Of a stretch of 56,489 nucleotides of DNA, positions 19,320 to 28,660 are shown piece after piece; positions within the stretch are counted from its first letter, which is position 1, and each line of letters starts with the position of its first letter. Position numbers and translations under genes: made by a program. The stretch spans positions 1-56,489 of the IMG/VR virus record IMGVR_UViG_3300042475_003016. One strand, written 5' to 3'. The notes beneath the pieces were generated by a model. It was not told the origin of the DNA. It made no database searches and was given only the letters and a program-made list of their open reading frames with translations. The stretch comes from a virus (Duplodnaviria; Caudoviricetes).

Positions 19320-19572
19320 AATAATTTATTTTTTTATAACTAAAGCATATATAAATATCTATACAAATCAATAAAATTAACATCCTAATTTATCCAACTT
19401 ACAGATGTTATGGCTGTCCCCCTAGCCAAGGGGTTAGGAATAGTCATTTCGTCCTAACGAGGTCGGGTTGACACCCCCTGACGTTCTCCCTATACGTCAA
19501 TGTACGTGTCCATACAGTAATCACTCTGTTTCTTCATATTGGACATACTATCTGGTGATTAACCAGAACGTG

Positions 19573-19685
19573 TAGCAAGAGTAGGATTTGAACCTACAAG
19601 CCAGGCTCAACAGCCCAGAACAGTTTTGTTTAACGTCAGCATCCTTCTGATTTCTGTTTTTGCGTGTACCATTCGCCATCTTGCC
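19573..19685 (-). ncRNA. tRNA-like element F (113 nt)
   Basis: GGCAAGA-TGGCGAATGGTACACGC...GTAGGTTCAAATCCTAC-TCTTGCT-A. Confidence 0.7.
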
Positions 19686-19703
19686 AATATTATTCTAATT
19701 AGT

Positions 19704-19865
19704 TCAATAATCCCAATTAGATGTATCTATTTTTTTACCACTATTCAAGCAATCAAAAACATAGTCCCATCTTTTAGTCCTAGTTATATACTCTACTAAA
19801 AAATCACTAAACCCCAAAGATATGGATCCATTTTCTTTTATCATTTTAACGTCTAATGTTTTCAT
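19704..19865 (-). CDS. Small hypothetical protein (53 aa, not in ORF track)
   Basis: Hand translation MKTLDVKMIKENGSISLGFSDFLVEY... Confidence 0.4.
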   Translation of the reverse strand: MKTLDVKMIKENGSISLGFSDFLVEYITRTKRWDYVFDCLNSGKKIDTSNWDY

Positions 19866-19895
19866 ACTATTTGTTTTTATTTTGTATCAACTTCA

Positions 19896-20033
19896 TTACA
19901 AGTATTTTTTAACTTCCAATTTAGATTTTTGCCTATCTGATTTGGAGAATACTCTTTTGAACTTCTGCTTTACTTTATCTCCCCAAAAATAAGCCCATTT
20001 TCCTTTTCCTGAAGAATTCATTTGTGGTTTCAT
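19896..20033 (-). CDS. Small basic hypothetical protein (45 aa, not in ORF track)
   Basis: Hand translation MKPQMNSSGKGKWAYFWGDKVKQKFKRVFSKSDRQ... Confidence 0.45.
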   Translation of the reverse strand: MKPQMNSSGKGKWAYFWGDKVKQKFKRVFSKSDRQKSKLEVKKYL

Positions 20034-20068
20034 AGTTTTATAAGTTTTGTATCAAACTAACTAAAATA

Positions 20069-20274
20069 AAATAAATAAGTCTCTTGCATGTTCACCACGC
20101 TTGTAGATTTTACTGAACATAGTTTACTGTTCACCTGTTATGAGTGCACCATAGAGCAGGGTCCATCACATACTCTCTTGGGACATTTACACTTCAATTG
20201 GGCAGCTACTCCCGTGAAGCCAAGAGTTATTTAAACGGTGCTAATCCGTTATATGTAAGAGAACTTATTTATTT
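20069..20274 (-). ncRNA. Candidate structured ncRNA of about 200 nt
   Basis: Long terminal stem AAATAAATAAGTTCTCTTACAT / ATGCAAGAGACTTATTTATTT, GC-rich interior, no listed ORF. Confidence 0.55.
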
Positions 20275-20276
20275 TG

Positions 20277-20354
20277 CAGTCAGGGCAGGATTCGAACCTG
20301 ATAAGCAACCGTTTTAATGGACTCGGAACCGTTCCTCATTACGCCCACCTGACT
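20277..20354 (-). ncRNA. tRNA-like element G (78 nt)
   Basis: AGTCAGG...CAGGTTCGAATCCTG-C-CCTGACT-G; divergent D and anticodon region. Confidence 0.65.
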
Positions 20355-20409
20355 GTTTCATTTCCTCTACAAAGATAATCCAAAGTTTCCAGATTTCCAA
20401 GTACTATAC

Positions 20410-20769
20410 TTATTTTTTTTCAAAGTGAAATATAATCTCTTTTGGTATTTCCTGGATTAAACCATACTTTTTTGCAAATCTAAAATTCGCATTATACTCA
20501 TTTAATCTTTTAAGTTGCTGGCTAATTTCCTTACGAAATTGTTCCAAAGAATGTGCAGACTTCCACTTATTACAAACCCTACAACTAGGCATCAAGTTAT
20601 CAATATCATTTAGTTCCTTGTCAGTATATATAAAATTAGATTTTAAACTGAAAATTAATTTACTAACCAGATGATCCACTTGCATTTCCTTGAAAATCAT
20701 TTCACATCCACAATAAGCACAACAACCATTGTACTTGTCATATACTAATTTTCTTAACTCTGGTTTCAT
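20410..20769 (-). CDS. HNH endonuclease
   Basis: CAYCG...QVDH...NLMPSCRVCN..K. Confidence 0.88.
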   Translation of the reverse strand: MKPELRKLVYDKYNGCCAYCGCEMIFKEMQVDHLVSKLIFSLKSNFIYTDKELNDIDNLMPSCRVCNKWKSAHSLEQFRKEISQQLKRLNEYNANFRFAKKYGLIQEIPKEIIFHFEKK

Positions 20770-20788
20770 TTGTTTTTTTTAAAAAAAG

Positions 20789-20902
20789 TAGTCAGGGTAG
20801 GATTTGAACCTACAATTTGGTGTCAGTCATAAACTGATTGCTTATTCTGTTGTGGAGTTCTTTGCTCCACCGAACCTGCGTTTACCATTCCGCCACCTAA
20901 CT
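20789..20902 (-). ncRNA. tRNA-like element H (114 nt)
   Basis: AGTTAGG-TGGCGGAATGGTAAACGC...GTGGAG/CTCCAC and TCAGT/ACTGA hairpins...GTAGGTTCAAATCCTAC-CCTGACT-A. Confidence 0.75.
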
Positions 20903-20908
20903 AATTTA

Positions 20909-21112
20909 TCAAAGTTTTTGTTGTGCAAGAAACAACCAATATTTATTTGCATCTGTAAGCACATTTGGTGTAAATGATGGTAGGTATTCCTCCAGCAAGG
21001 CAACTTTTTCCTCATTAGTTAGTCTTGAGTACCATCTTATGGCTAACTCACGGTCAGTTAGTTGCACACCTGCATTAACTTTAATGTCAATTAACTCCTT
21101 TGTGCTTTTCAT
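20909..21112 (-). CDS. Hypothetical protein
   Basis: 67 aa ORF after the promoter at 21143. Confidence 0.6.
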   Translation of the reverse strand: MKSTKELIDIKVNAGVQLTDRELAIRWYSRLTNEEKVALLEEYLPSFTPNVLTDANKYWLFLAQQKL

Positions 21113-21139
21113 ATCTTATTCTTTTAATGATTTACTATA

Positions 21140-23878
21140 TTACAAAGATAAATCAAAGTTTCCAGAATTACAAATATTTCCTTTAACTTTACCAGCAACA
21201 TTAATTGATATTAACTCCCTCAAATCTGACCTCAATACAGAACTTACTTTTGCACCAGTATATGCACCTGTATAACTAAATACTCTTAACCATGCTGGAT
21301 CAGCAATATTTTTACTCACCTTAATCAAAACTGTATTTTGAATATTTTTCATAATTTTATATTTTGTTGTATACTACTTAATTGTCTTGACATCTGGACG
21401 CGTACTTCATTTTTTATCTGTTTCCAGATTTCAAAATATTCTTTATACCCTAATTGGTCACATGCTTGACTATTTACCTCCCCAGAACGTAAAGAGGCTA
21501 CTTGGTCAAATAAATAATCATCTATATGTTTACCTACATTTATCATGACTTTATGTTTTGACCTACTTCATAAAATAATTGATTATTTATTTGACTATCT
21601 ATTTGATTCTGTACTTGTTCCAATACTTGACTTCTTACCATATCTATAACTTTATTCATTACTTGATCCCATATTGACACATTTACTTTATGAGATACTT
21701 GCCCCTCTACTTGATTTCTTACGTTCAACATAAATTTACGTTTTTTTTCATTTCCTTTGTTAAGAGCCAAACTACTTGTCTATTTATTCCATGTCCTAAT
21801 TTAGCTGAACACTTTGCCCAAACTTTACAACTTACTTTATAATACATTTCACCCCATAGTTTGTTCCGTATGTGACTACTTACATTATTGCTAATTTCAA
21901 TATCTAAATTCTTCATAATTTCTTGTTTTTTGTCTAACTTGTTCCCATACTTGACTACTAACTTGATTTTTTAATTGTCCCTCTGCATGGCTACGTACCT
22001 GGTTAACCACTTTAACACTTACTAAATCCATTATTTTGATATGCATTTTGTTGACTAAAAAATAACATATTTGTTCTTCTAACTTGTCTGCAATCCTCAT
22101 AACTTTACATTTTTTTTACTTGATTATGTACTTGAAGCCTTATTCGAGAATATAATTGAACATCTATCTGATTTGTTGTTTTGTCCCTTAATATGTAACC
22201 TACCTTACTAGCTACTCTTTCATTTACTTTATCCAGCAATTTAATTTTACCCCTTATTTTAGCCCATAATTCTTTGGATACTTGACTTCCTAAATTCCAC
22301 ATAATTTCACGTTTTGTTTCACTTGACTAAGTACTTCATTTGATAATCTAGTATTTATTTGGTCTCTCAATTTAAAATATATTTTAATTGGTATATTACT
22401 GGCTACTACACCCCAAACTTGTCCTCTGAAATTAGTATATATTTTATCCATTACTTGTTTATCTACATTTTCCATACTTTTATTTTAATTTGTTGCGTAA
22501 TGATAGAGTTAATTGCCAAGATATGTTCCATATTTGAAAATTCAAATTTTCTCCAACCCCAACCCATATTTTATCACTCAATTTGTTGTAAAACTTTTCC
22601 CCTAATTTACTATGCACACTTTCTGCTTCTTTATCAAAAATAATATTGACTTGACCACTTACATCTTTCATATTTCCATATTTTTTCTTATAACTAGTTT
22701 TACAGGATTTAATACTCTTTCTCTATCTTCTACTATATTAGATATTTTAATCTGTGCTTTCAGCCAAGCTGCATTACCAACTTTTGGCCATAATGGATAT
22801 ATTATTTTACTAGATAGGTGATTTGAAAACACCCCTCCCATATTTTTCATACTCATTTTTTTCTGAATTTGGAATAATTAAATTTTCTTGAACTGGATTC
22901 ATCATTTGACTTCTAACTTGTTCAAATATGTCAGAATGCAAATGACTAGTTACATTACTTATTAAAGGGAATATAGCTACATTTCTAAATCTGTCGTATA
23001 ATGGTCTTCTTATAACCATTTGAATTGTTCTTTCTAGTTCATTCTCCTTCCGTATCATCATAATAATTTTTCTCTGGATACAAAATAATTAAATTTTCTT
23101 GAATTGGCAACATTAATTGATTCCTCACTTGCTCAAAAACATCATAATACAAATGATTTGCTACATTATGTTTTGAATTATAATGAAGCCTATTACTTAA
23201 TTCATCATATAATATTTTTCTAACCCGGGTTGGGATTACTTTTTCCACTCTATACATTACATTTATCATGTTTATTTTTTATAATCCCCTAATTTAATAC
23301 TTTGCATACCTACCATCACTGCTTCTTGTCCTTGGTTATCAGATAGTGGTATCCAAATTCTATCAGCAAGTTTGAACCATAATGAATCTGAAATTCCATT
23401 ATTGACTTTAACCCCCATTGTACTTTTGACTTTAATGTGAAATTGGTTATATAATTCATCACCAATATTTTTCATAGTCATTTTTCTTCTGGATTTGGAA
23501 TAATTAAATTTAGTTGCATTGATTCCATTAATTGATGTCTAACTTGTTCAAGAATGTCACGATGCAAATCACCAGTAATACCACTTTTTGGATTATACGC
23601 AAATATAAACCTGATATCACTATTTAATAGTTTTCTTACCCTCGTTGAAATTACGTTATCCACTCTATCCATTATATTTATCATACTTTAAGATTGTATT
23701 CAACTCCAATTAATGCGTGTTGACCCTGGTTATTTAATTTCACAGATATTGGTCTCCAAATTCTTATTGAAACTTTATGCCAAACTGGATCTGAAATTTT
23801 AGAATGAACTTTGCCACCCAATACACTTTTGGCTCTAATGTGAAATTGATTGCATAATTCAGAACCAATATTTTCCAT
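21140..23878 (-). repeat. Tandem array 2 of 14 small paralogous ORFs (about 61-83 aa)
   Basis: ORFs ending at 21140, 21349, 21543, 21725, 21897, 22105, 22290, 22480, 22668, 22810, 23039, 23272, 23478, 23681; MxN(I/V) starts, QV/QI periodicity, overlapping stop/start codons. Confidence 0.8.
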
Positions 23879-23893
23879 ATATTTTAATTTTAG

Positions 23894-24019
23894 TGGTCAG
23901 GACAGGATTCGAACCTGCATACACTTCGGAGACTATCCGCTGGATGATCTGTAATGAGGTAAAGTGTATTCATATCCAGTACATACCCCATTAGCGTCTA
24001 CCAATTCCGCCACCTGACC
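23894..24019 (-). ncRNA. tRNA-like element I (126 nt)
   Basis: GGTCAGG-TGGCGGAATTGGTAGACGC...GCAGGTTCGAATCCTGT-CCTGACC-A. Confidence 0.75.
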
Positions 24020-24024
24020 GTTCC

Positions 24025-24321
24025 TTATTTTAATAATTCAGTTAATTCTTGTTTACCTAATATAGTATGATTTCGTGCCATTCCACCTATATGGAATAAA
24101 ATATCTTCATCAACCTCAATTGGTCTATATTCTTTCCAAGTATATAAGGTAACTACATCACCCTCCTCAGTCTCCAAATCCCAACTATAATTAACTTTAT
24201 CCTCCCCAGAATTATCCACATAATCAGGTTCACCTAACACTTTTGTTAATTTATCAACTGTTGATTCAATAGTCACACCATGAAATGACGTACCATTAGA
24301 TGATTTGTTTGTTTTTTTCAT
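24025..24321 (-). CDS. Conserved phage hypothetical protein
   Basis: GTSF.G...L..VLGEP...DKV...W...TLY.WK...HIGG motif. Confidence 0.7.
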   Translation of the reverse strand: MKKTNKSSNGTSFHGVTIESTVDKLTKVLGEPDYVDNSGEDKVNYSWDLETEEGDVVTLYTWKEYRPIEVDEDILFHIGGMARNHTILGKQELTELLK

Positions 24322-24621
24322 TTGCCTTATTATTTTAATAAATTATATGTGATTAAATATGTACGTTTTTGTAATACCCCCAGAACGTACAAACTGTGCC
24401 AACCTACGATTTGGAGAGCGTCCAAGCCAATATACAAACATAAATTAATATGTGTCGCATATCTGTCATCTCTATCTTCGATCCTTACCCAGCGCTAGGC
24501 AGAGGGCTAATTTTTATCTATGATTTTCTTAACTTGGTTAAAGGCAAAACTTCTACCAAGTTCAAAACCTAATCTAAATATAAGAAATAATAACCATAAT
24601 ACCAAAATTGTATCCATAATA

Positions 24622-24954
24622 TTAATTTTTTTTAAGATGTGGATTATCCCCACAAAGAGGCTTACCATTCATAGACATCATACTAGTGTGAGTTATTTTA
24701 CAATAATCACATTGGTAATAACCTACTGCAAATTCAACCCACTTATGTGAATTGTATTTTAGCAAGTCCCAATATTCTTTTTCTTCTTCCTCCTTTGTTA
24801 ACATACGCTGGGGTCTGGGTAAATATATGTGCATAGTTTTATTTTTTTTCAATTTCATTTGCTGATGATTCAGCACAATCTTCAAATCCCTCCATATACA
24901 ATTCTTGTAATTCAGAAAAATGGATTGCTTTGGCATCTCTGTAAAATTGTTCAA
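24622..24954 (-). CDS. Hypothetical protein with CxxC (true start uncertain, probably internal)
   Basis: H.W...YQCDYC; 5' part overlaps the neighbouring ORF. Confidence 0.45.
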   Translation of the reverse strand: MNNFTEMPKQSIFLNYKNCIWRDLKIVLNHQQMKLKKNKTMHIYLPRPQRMLTKEEEEKEYWDLLKYNSHKWVEFAVGYYQCDYCKITHTSMMSMNGKPLCGDNPHLKKN

Positions 24955-25033
24955 TTATTGGATGGTTCACAGGGGGTATGTAATTTAAAACATTACGATA
25001 AAAATATTCTAATGACTTTTCTATATTTTTCAT
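24839..25033 (-). CDS. Hypothetical protein
   Basis: Start likely MKNIEK at 25033, because the listed 5' extension runs into tRNA-like element J. Confidence 0.55.
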   Translation of the reverse strand: MKNIEKSLEYFYRNVLNYIPPVNHPIIEQFYRDAKAIHFSELQELYMEGFEDCAESSANEIEKK

Positions 25034-25053
25034 TTGTTTTAATTTTTTAAGTG

Positions 25054-25198
25054 TAGCCAGGAAAGGATTCGAACCAATACGAATGAAGCGTAACCTATTT
25101 TTCATTCTAACTTTATAACGATAGCGTCTACCAAGTCATAACAAGAGTTGGGCACGTTAATAATCCAACTCGCATTATGAGCATTCCGCCACCTGGCT
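25054..25198 (-). ncRNA. tRNA-like element J (145 nt) with a hairpin insert in the D-loop
   Basis: AGCCAGG-TGGCGGAAT[insert]TGGTAGACGC...GGTTCGAATCC-TTT-CCTGGCT-A. Confidence 0.7.
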
Positions 25199-25386
25199 AT
25201 TTTATTTACTTTAATTATATGTGGTAGACACCACTTCCACACTCCAACCCTCTTTTATCACACCATCAGATTCTAACTCAATTTCAAGATATTGAATTAT
25301 ACCATTTTCAATTAATTCAGCTGTGTTGTCGCCATGTCCTTTATAACAACCCTCATCATCAAATTTGATTTTCAATACTAACTCTT

Positions 25387-25704
25387 TCATATTGTTTGTT
25401 TTAATCTAATCTCTTCAAGCATTTCCCATAAACTTTTTAAGTCATAGCAAATGGGTTTTCCATCAGCATCAAATGCACCATAACCACCATCGTATTTTCT
25501 TTCACCAAAATCACTTTCGTGGCAGAACCAAGTGAACCAGTCATATCCCTCCTCACCATATATTTCTTTGAATAATTTAGTGATTAAGTTGTGATATTCA
25601 TCAGAATAATCAATTAAATCAATCCCCAACTTATAAAGTTTTTCTGACCTGATGAGGGTATTTCTATATAAAGAAATGAATTCTTCAAAATCTTTTAACA
25701 ACAT
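25387..25704 (-). CDS. Hypothetical protein
   Basis: GYDWFTWF..E.DFG motif. Confidence 0.65.
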   Translation of the reverse strand: MLLKDFEEFISLYRNTLIRSEKLYKLGIDLIDYSDEYHNLITKLFKEIYGEEGYDWFTWFCHESDFGERKYDGGYGAFDADGKPICYDLKSLWEMLEEIRLKQTI

Positions 25705-25733
25705 AGTTTTTTTTTTAGGTTAATCAATATATA

Positions 25734-26216
25734 CTAAACAGCGAATGGTAGATTTGTGTTCAAAATATTATGACCTTCTTTCTTAACTCTTGAACAAAAG
25801 TCTTTTAACATTTTAACACCAGATTCGGTTTTTAACACATCTACCATTGAAATTCTTTTGCCATTTGAGGTGAATGTCTGGATAGAATATCTACTTGTAT
25901 CACCAAAAACAATCCCCTTCTTTTCATCTTTCTTTATTGTCTTGGCAGTTAGCCAATTTTGGAATAAATCATCAACAACATACTCCAACTTATCACCATA
26001 TGCCTCAATACCCAATCCATTACAATACTCTCTCATCTGTGCAAATGCCTCTTTTTTTGTAGCATCCCAAAGATTACAATCAGTTGGACCCCCACTACCA
26101 CGATTGACACAGTAGCCAATTTTTTTGTTATCAAAGAATATGTCAGCAGTAAAAGCATTAGTTTCCTCTGAAAAAGAAGCAGAATACTTGATGTTTTTTA
26201 ACTTAATTCTTTCCAT
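25734..26216 (-). CDS. Conserved phage hypothetical protein
   Basis: SEETNAFTAD...N.GSGG.T motif; start MERIK just after the promoter at 26245. Confidence 0.7.
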   Translation of the reverse strand: MERIKLKNIKYSASFSEETNAFTADIFFDNKKIGYCVNRGSGGPTDCNLWDATKKEAFAQMREYCNGLGIEAYGDKLEYVVDDLFQNWLTAKTIKKDEKKGIVFGDTSRYSIQTFTSNGKRISMVDVLKTESGVKMLKDFCSRVKKEGHNILNTNLPFAV

Positions 26217-26283
26217 AGTTGTTTGTTTTGGTTTGATTGCATCACAAAGATAATAAGAAGAAATCAAATAACCAAACTATTTT

Positions 26284-26709
26284 TCAATTATTATCAAATT
26301 TATCCCCCCAAATATTTTTATCTTTATCTCTTTTTAAATTTCTTTTATATTTTAAAACCTGATTAGGATTGACAAATAAAAAACCTTTATATTCAAAAGT
26401 ATGGTTATCAATCAAATCATCAATATCAAATCCAGGCCAATTATCAAAAAATTCAATGTCATCTGTTCTATATTCACCTTTACTTCTAAATGGCCATTTT
26501 GAAGGTCTAATGATAACATCCAAATCATTTACTGACTCAATCACACCTAATACCATAAGTGGTGCTGAACCAAAAATTGCATAATCCCCATCTGGGAGGT
26601 CATATTCAGATAATAACCCCAAAAGTTCATCTAGTGTTTTTTCTTGGCTCTCTTTTAAAAGTATATACTCATTTATATTTCTTTTAATAAGTTTATTCAA
26701 ATATTTCAT
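26284..26709 (-). CDS. Putative minimal nucleotidyltransferase-fold protein
   Basis: YAIFGS...DLDVII (GS...DxD); N-terminal INE/LKES leader. Confidence 0.6.
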   Translation of the reverse strand: MKYLNKLIKRNINEYILLKESQEKTLDELLGLLSEYDLPDGDYAIFGSAPLMVLGVIESVNDLDVIIRPSKWPFRSKGEYRTDDIEFFDNWPGFDIDDLIDNHTFEYKGFLFVNPNQVLKYKRNLKRDKDKNIWGDKFDNN

Positions 26710-26717
26710 TTTTTTAT

Positions 26718-27599
26718 CTATAAATATATGTTGTTTATAATAATTTCTGAAACCAATCCCCTACCATCCTTATTTGAATTTATACTTCTTTTTGCATTAA
26801 CTCTTAATATATTATAATCTGAATACATATCATCAAAGAAATTATCCCCGCTATTTTCTCTGACATCAGAATTGCTTAAAAGCCAATTGTATCCTTTACC
26901 ATCCAGGATATCACAAAATTCCTTTAATCTAACCTGATCACCATCACCAAACCCATCCTTTGTATATGCCCCAAAACTAGATGATACACTTATTGGCTTA
27001 TATGGGGGGTCAAAATAATATATTGGATTCCCGGATTCAATTAATGTATCAGCATAATCTCCACACCTAATTTCTACCTTCTTTAATGCCTCGCTAACGG
27101 CTAATAGATTGTTCCTGTCGCATATTGTTGGGTTTTTGTATCTACCCATCGGAACATTATATTTGTTGCTCTTATTGACCCTATACAAGCCATTGAAACA
27201 AGTTCTATTTAAGAAAATAAATAAAGCAGCATGATCCACATTTGAACAATCTCTTAAATTGAATTTATCTCTTTTATCATAATAATATATTTTCTTGCCA
27301 TCCTCATCATCTTCCAGCAAATGATATTCTTTTTGCAGAATATCCAATATGGAAATTAATTCCTCTGGTTGTAATGCAATTGTTCTATATACATTTATTA
27401 AGTCCCCATTCAAATCATTTATGATTGCCTTTTCCATCTTTGGAAACCTATCCAAAAACCAAAATAACATTGCTCCACTGCCCACAAATGGTTCAACATA
27501 GGTGAAACTATTGCTTGATAAATAAGGGGGCAAGAGTGGCTCAATATGCTCTATTAACCAACTCTTACCCCCAGCCCATTTTAAAAAAGGTTTTGCCAT
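26718..27599 (-). CDS. dam: DNA adenine methyltransferase (Dam family)
   Basis: KPFLKWAGGK, EPFVGSG, FNGLYRVN, DPPY motifs. Confidence 0.93.
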   Translation of the reverse strand: MAKPFLKWAGGKSWLIEHIEPLLPPYLSSNSFTYVEPFVGSGAMLFWFLDRFPKMEKAIINDLNGDLINVYRTIALQPEELISILDILQKEYHLLEDDEDGKKIYYYDKRDKFNLRDCSNVDHAALFIFLNRTCFNGLYRVNKSNKYNVPMGRYKNPTICDRNNLLAVSEALKKVEIRCGDYADTLIESGNPIYYFDPPYKPISVSSSFGAYTKDGFGDGDQVRLKEFCDILDGKGYNWLLSNSDVRENSGDNFFDDMYSDYNILRVNAKRSINSNKDGRGLVSEIIINNIYL

Positions 27600-28000
27600 T
27601 ATAATTTTACTTGGAAGCGATCACGCATTTGATTTATCTTATCCTCTGGTACATTGTGTACATTCTTTCCACCATGTCTATTTTCTACAATTATTGAGAA
27701 AACCATATACCCATATTCCTTTGCCAAATCATAGTATGGTTGCATCTCCCATTCTTGGGTGAAAGTATTTGACACAACAATTCTATTTACATCAAACCCT
27801 TTTGAATCAACCCTCATCCATTCTCTAACTTGTTCCAAGCACCATTTATGTGCCTCCCTTAATTTAGAAGCATCAAACTCATACTTGCCATATTTCATAA
27901 AATACCTATCAGCCTCAACAAACTCACCACCTAATGATTTTGCCATAGTTGATTTTCCTGAACCAGGCAAACCCCGTAATAAAAATAATTCCTTTGCCAT
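27599..28000 (-). CDS. P-loop kinase (AAA_33, polynucleotide-kinase-like)
   Basis: LLRGLPGSGKST, VSNTF, HNVP motifs. Confidence 0.85.
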   Translation of the reverse strand: MAKELFLLRGLPGSGKSTMAKSLGGEFVEADRYFMKYGKYEFDASKLREAHKWCLEQVREWMRVDSKGFDVNRIVVSNTFTQEWEMQPYYDLAKEYGYMVFSIIVENRHGGKNVHNVPEDKINQMRDRFQVKL

Positions 28001-28054
28001 AATATATCTGTTTTTGTTTAATAAAGTTAATTGGTTTATTGTGCAAATATAGGT

Positions 28055-28258
28055 TTATTTTATTAAAAATCTTTGTGATTGGGGAAAAAATTTTGATGTT
28101 TCATTCCAGATATCACTTCCAATTTTGCTAGCACAACCCCCCTTATTAGCATCAATTAATTTACTAGCAGAAATTAATTTATTACCTTCACGCCAAGGCA
28201 AATTAAGTAGGTGATTAATTTTGCTTACAAATTTAGTGATTTTATACGTTCTTTCCAT
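28055..28258 (-). CDS. Hypothetical protein
   Basis: 67 aa ORF. Confidence 0.45.
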   Translation of the reverse strand: MERTYKITKFVSKINHLLNLPWREGNKLISASKLIDANKGGCASKIGSDIWNETSKFFPQSQRFLIK

Positions 28259-28396
28259 AATTATTTAACTTTTCTTCTTCGTAATGAATTTTTCTTTTTG
28301 AATGGGGATAAACTTTGGCTATTTTTTCCCACATATCAAAACTAACACTAGCATTTATTATATAAAATCTATTCCTAATGTCAGACATTTTTTTGA

Positions 28397-28648
28397 TTAT
28401 TTTATATGTTTTTTCCATAAATGTAAATTAGAAATTGAAGGTGTGAAAACTCTTAATAATTGATCGCTCAATAGAATATCATTTGATGTAAACTTATACC
28501 AATCCTCTTTATCAACTCTAAATATTTTTGAACCTTTGCTGAAAGTAAGCAATTTACTACTATCATAATAAGGTCCTCTAATTGCATACTTAATCTCAAA
28601 AATGAAATTGCTAATGTTATACTTAGCATTCAAATTTTCATACTTCAT
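28397..28648 (-). CDS. Hypothetical protein
   Basis: 83 aa ORF. Confidence 0.5.
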   Translation of the reverse strand: MKYENLNAKYNISNFIFEIKYAIRGPYYDSSKLLTFSKGSKIFRVDKEDWYKFTSNDILLSDQLLRVFTPSISNLHLWKKHIK

Positions 28649-28660
28649 ACTTTTTTGATT

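Noticed and set aside
6673-23878. Stop-codon reassignment explaining the runs of short ORFs
   Set aside because: Long conserved genes read intact in code 11. The short ORFs end in TAA or TGA (one TAG), change frame and have their own conserved starts.
16625-25198. CRISPR array interpretation of the repeated GGTTCGAATCCTGTCCTGACTA
   Set aside because: Spacing is irregular (hundreds of bp), repeats are tRNA arms with covarying stems, and no cas genes are present.
16625-25198. tmRNA or group I intron-containing tRNA interpretation
   Set aside because: No G3-U70 alanine identity pair, and the inserts (under 80 nt) are too short for a tmRNA body or a group I core.
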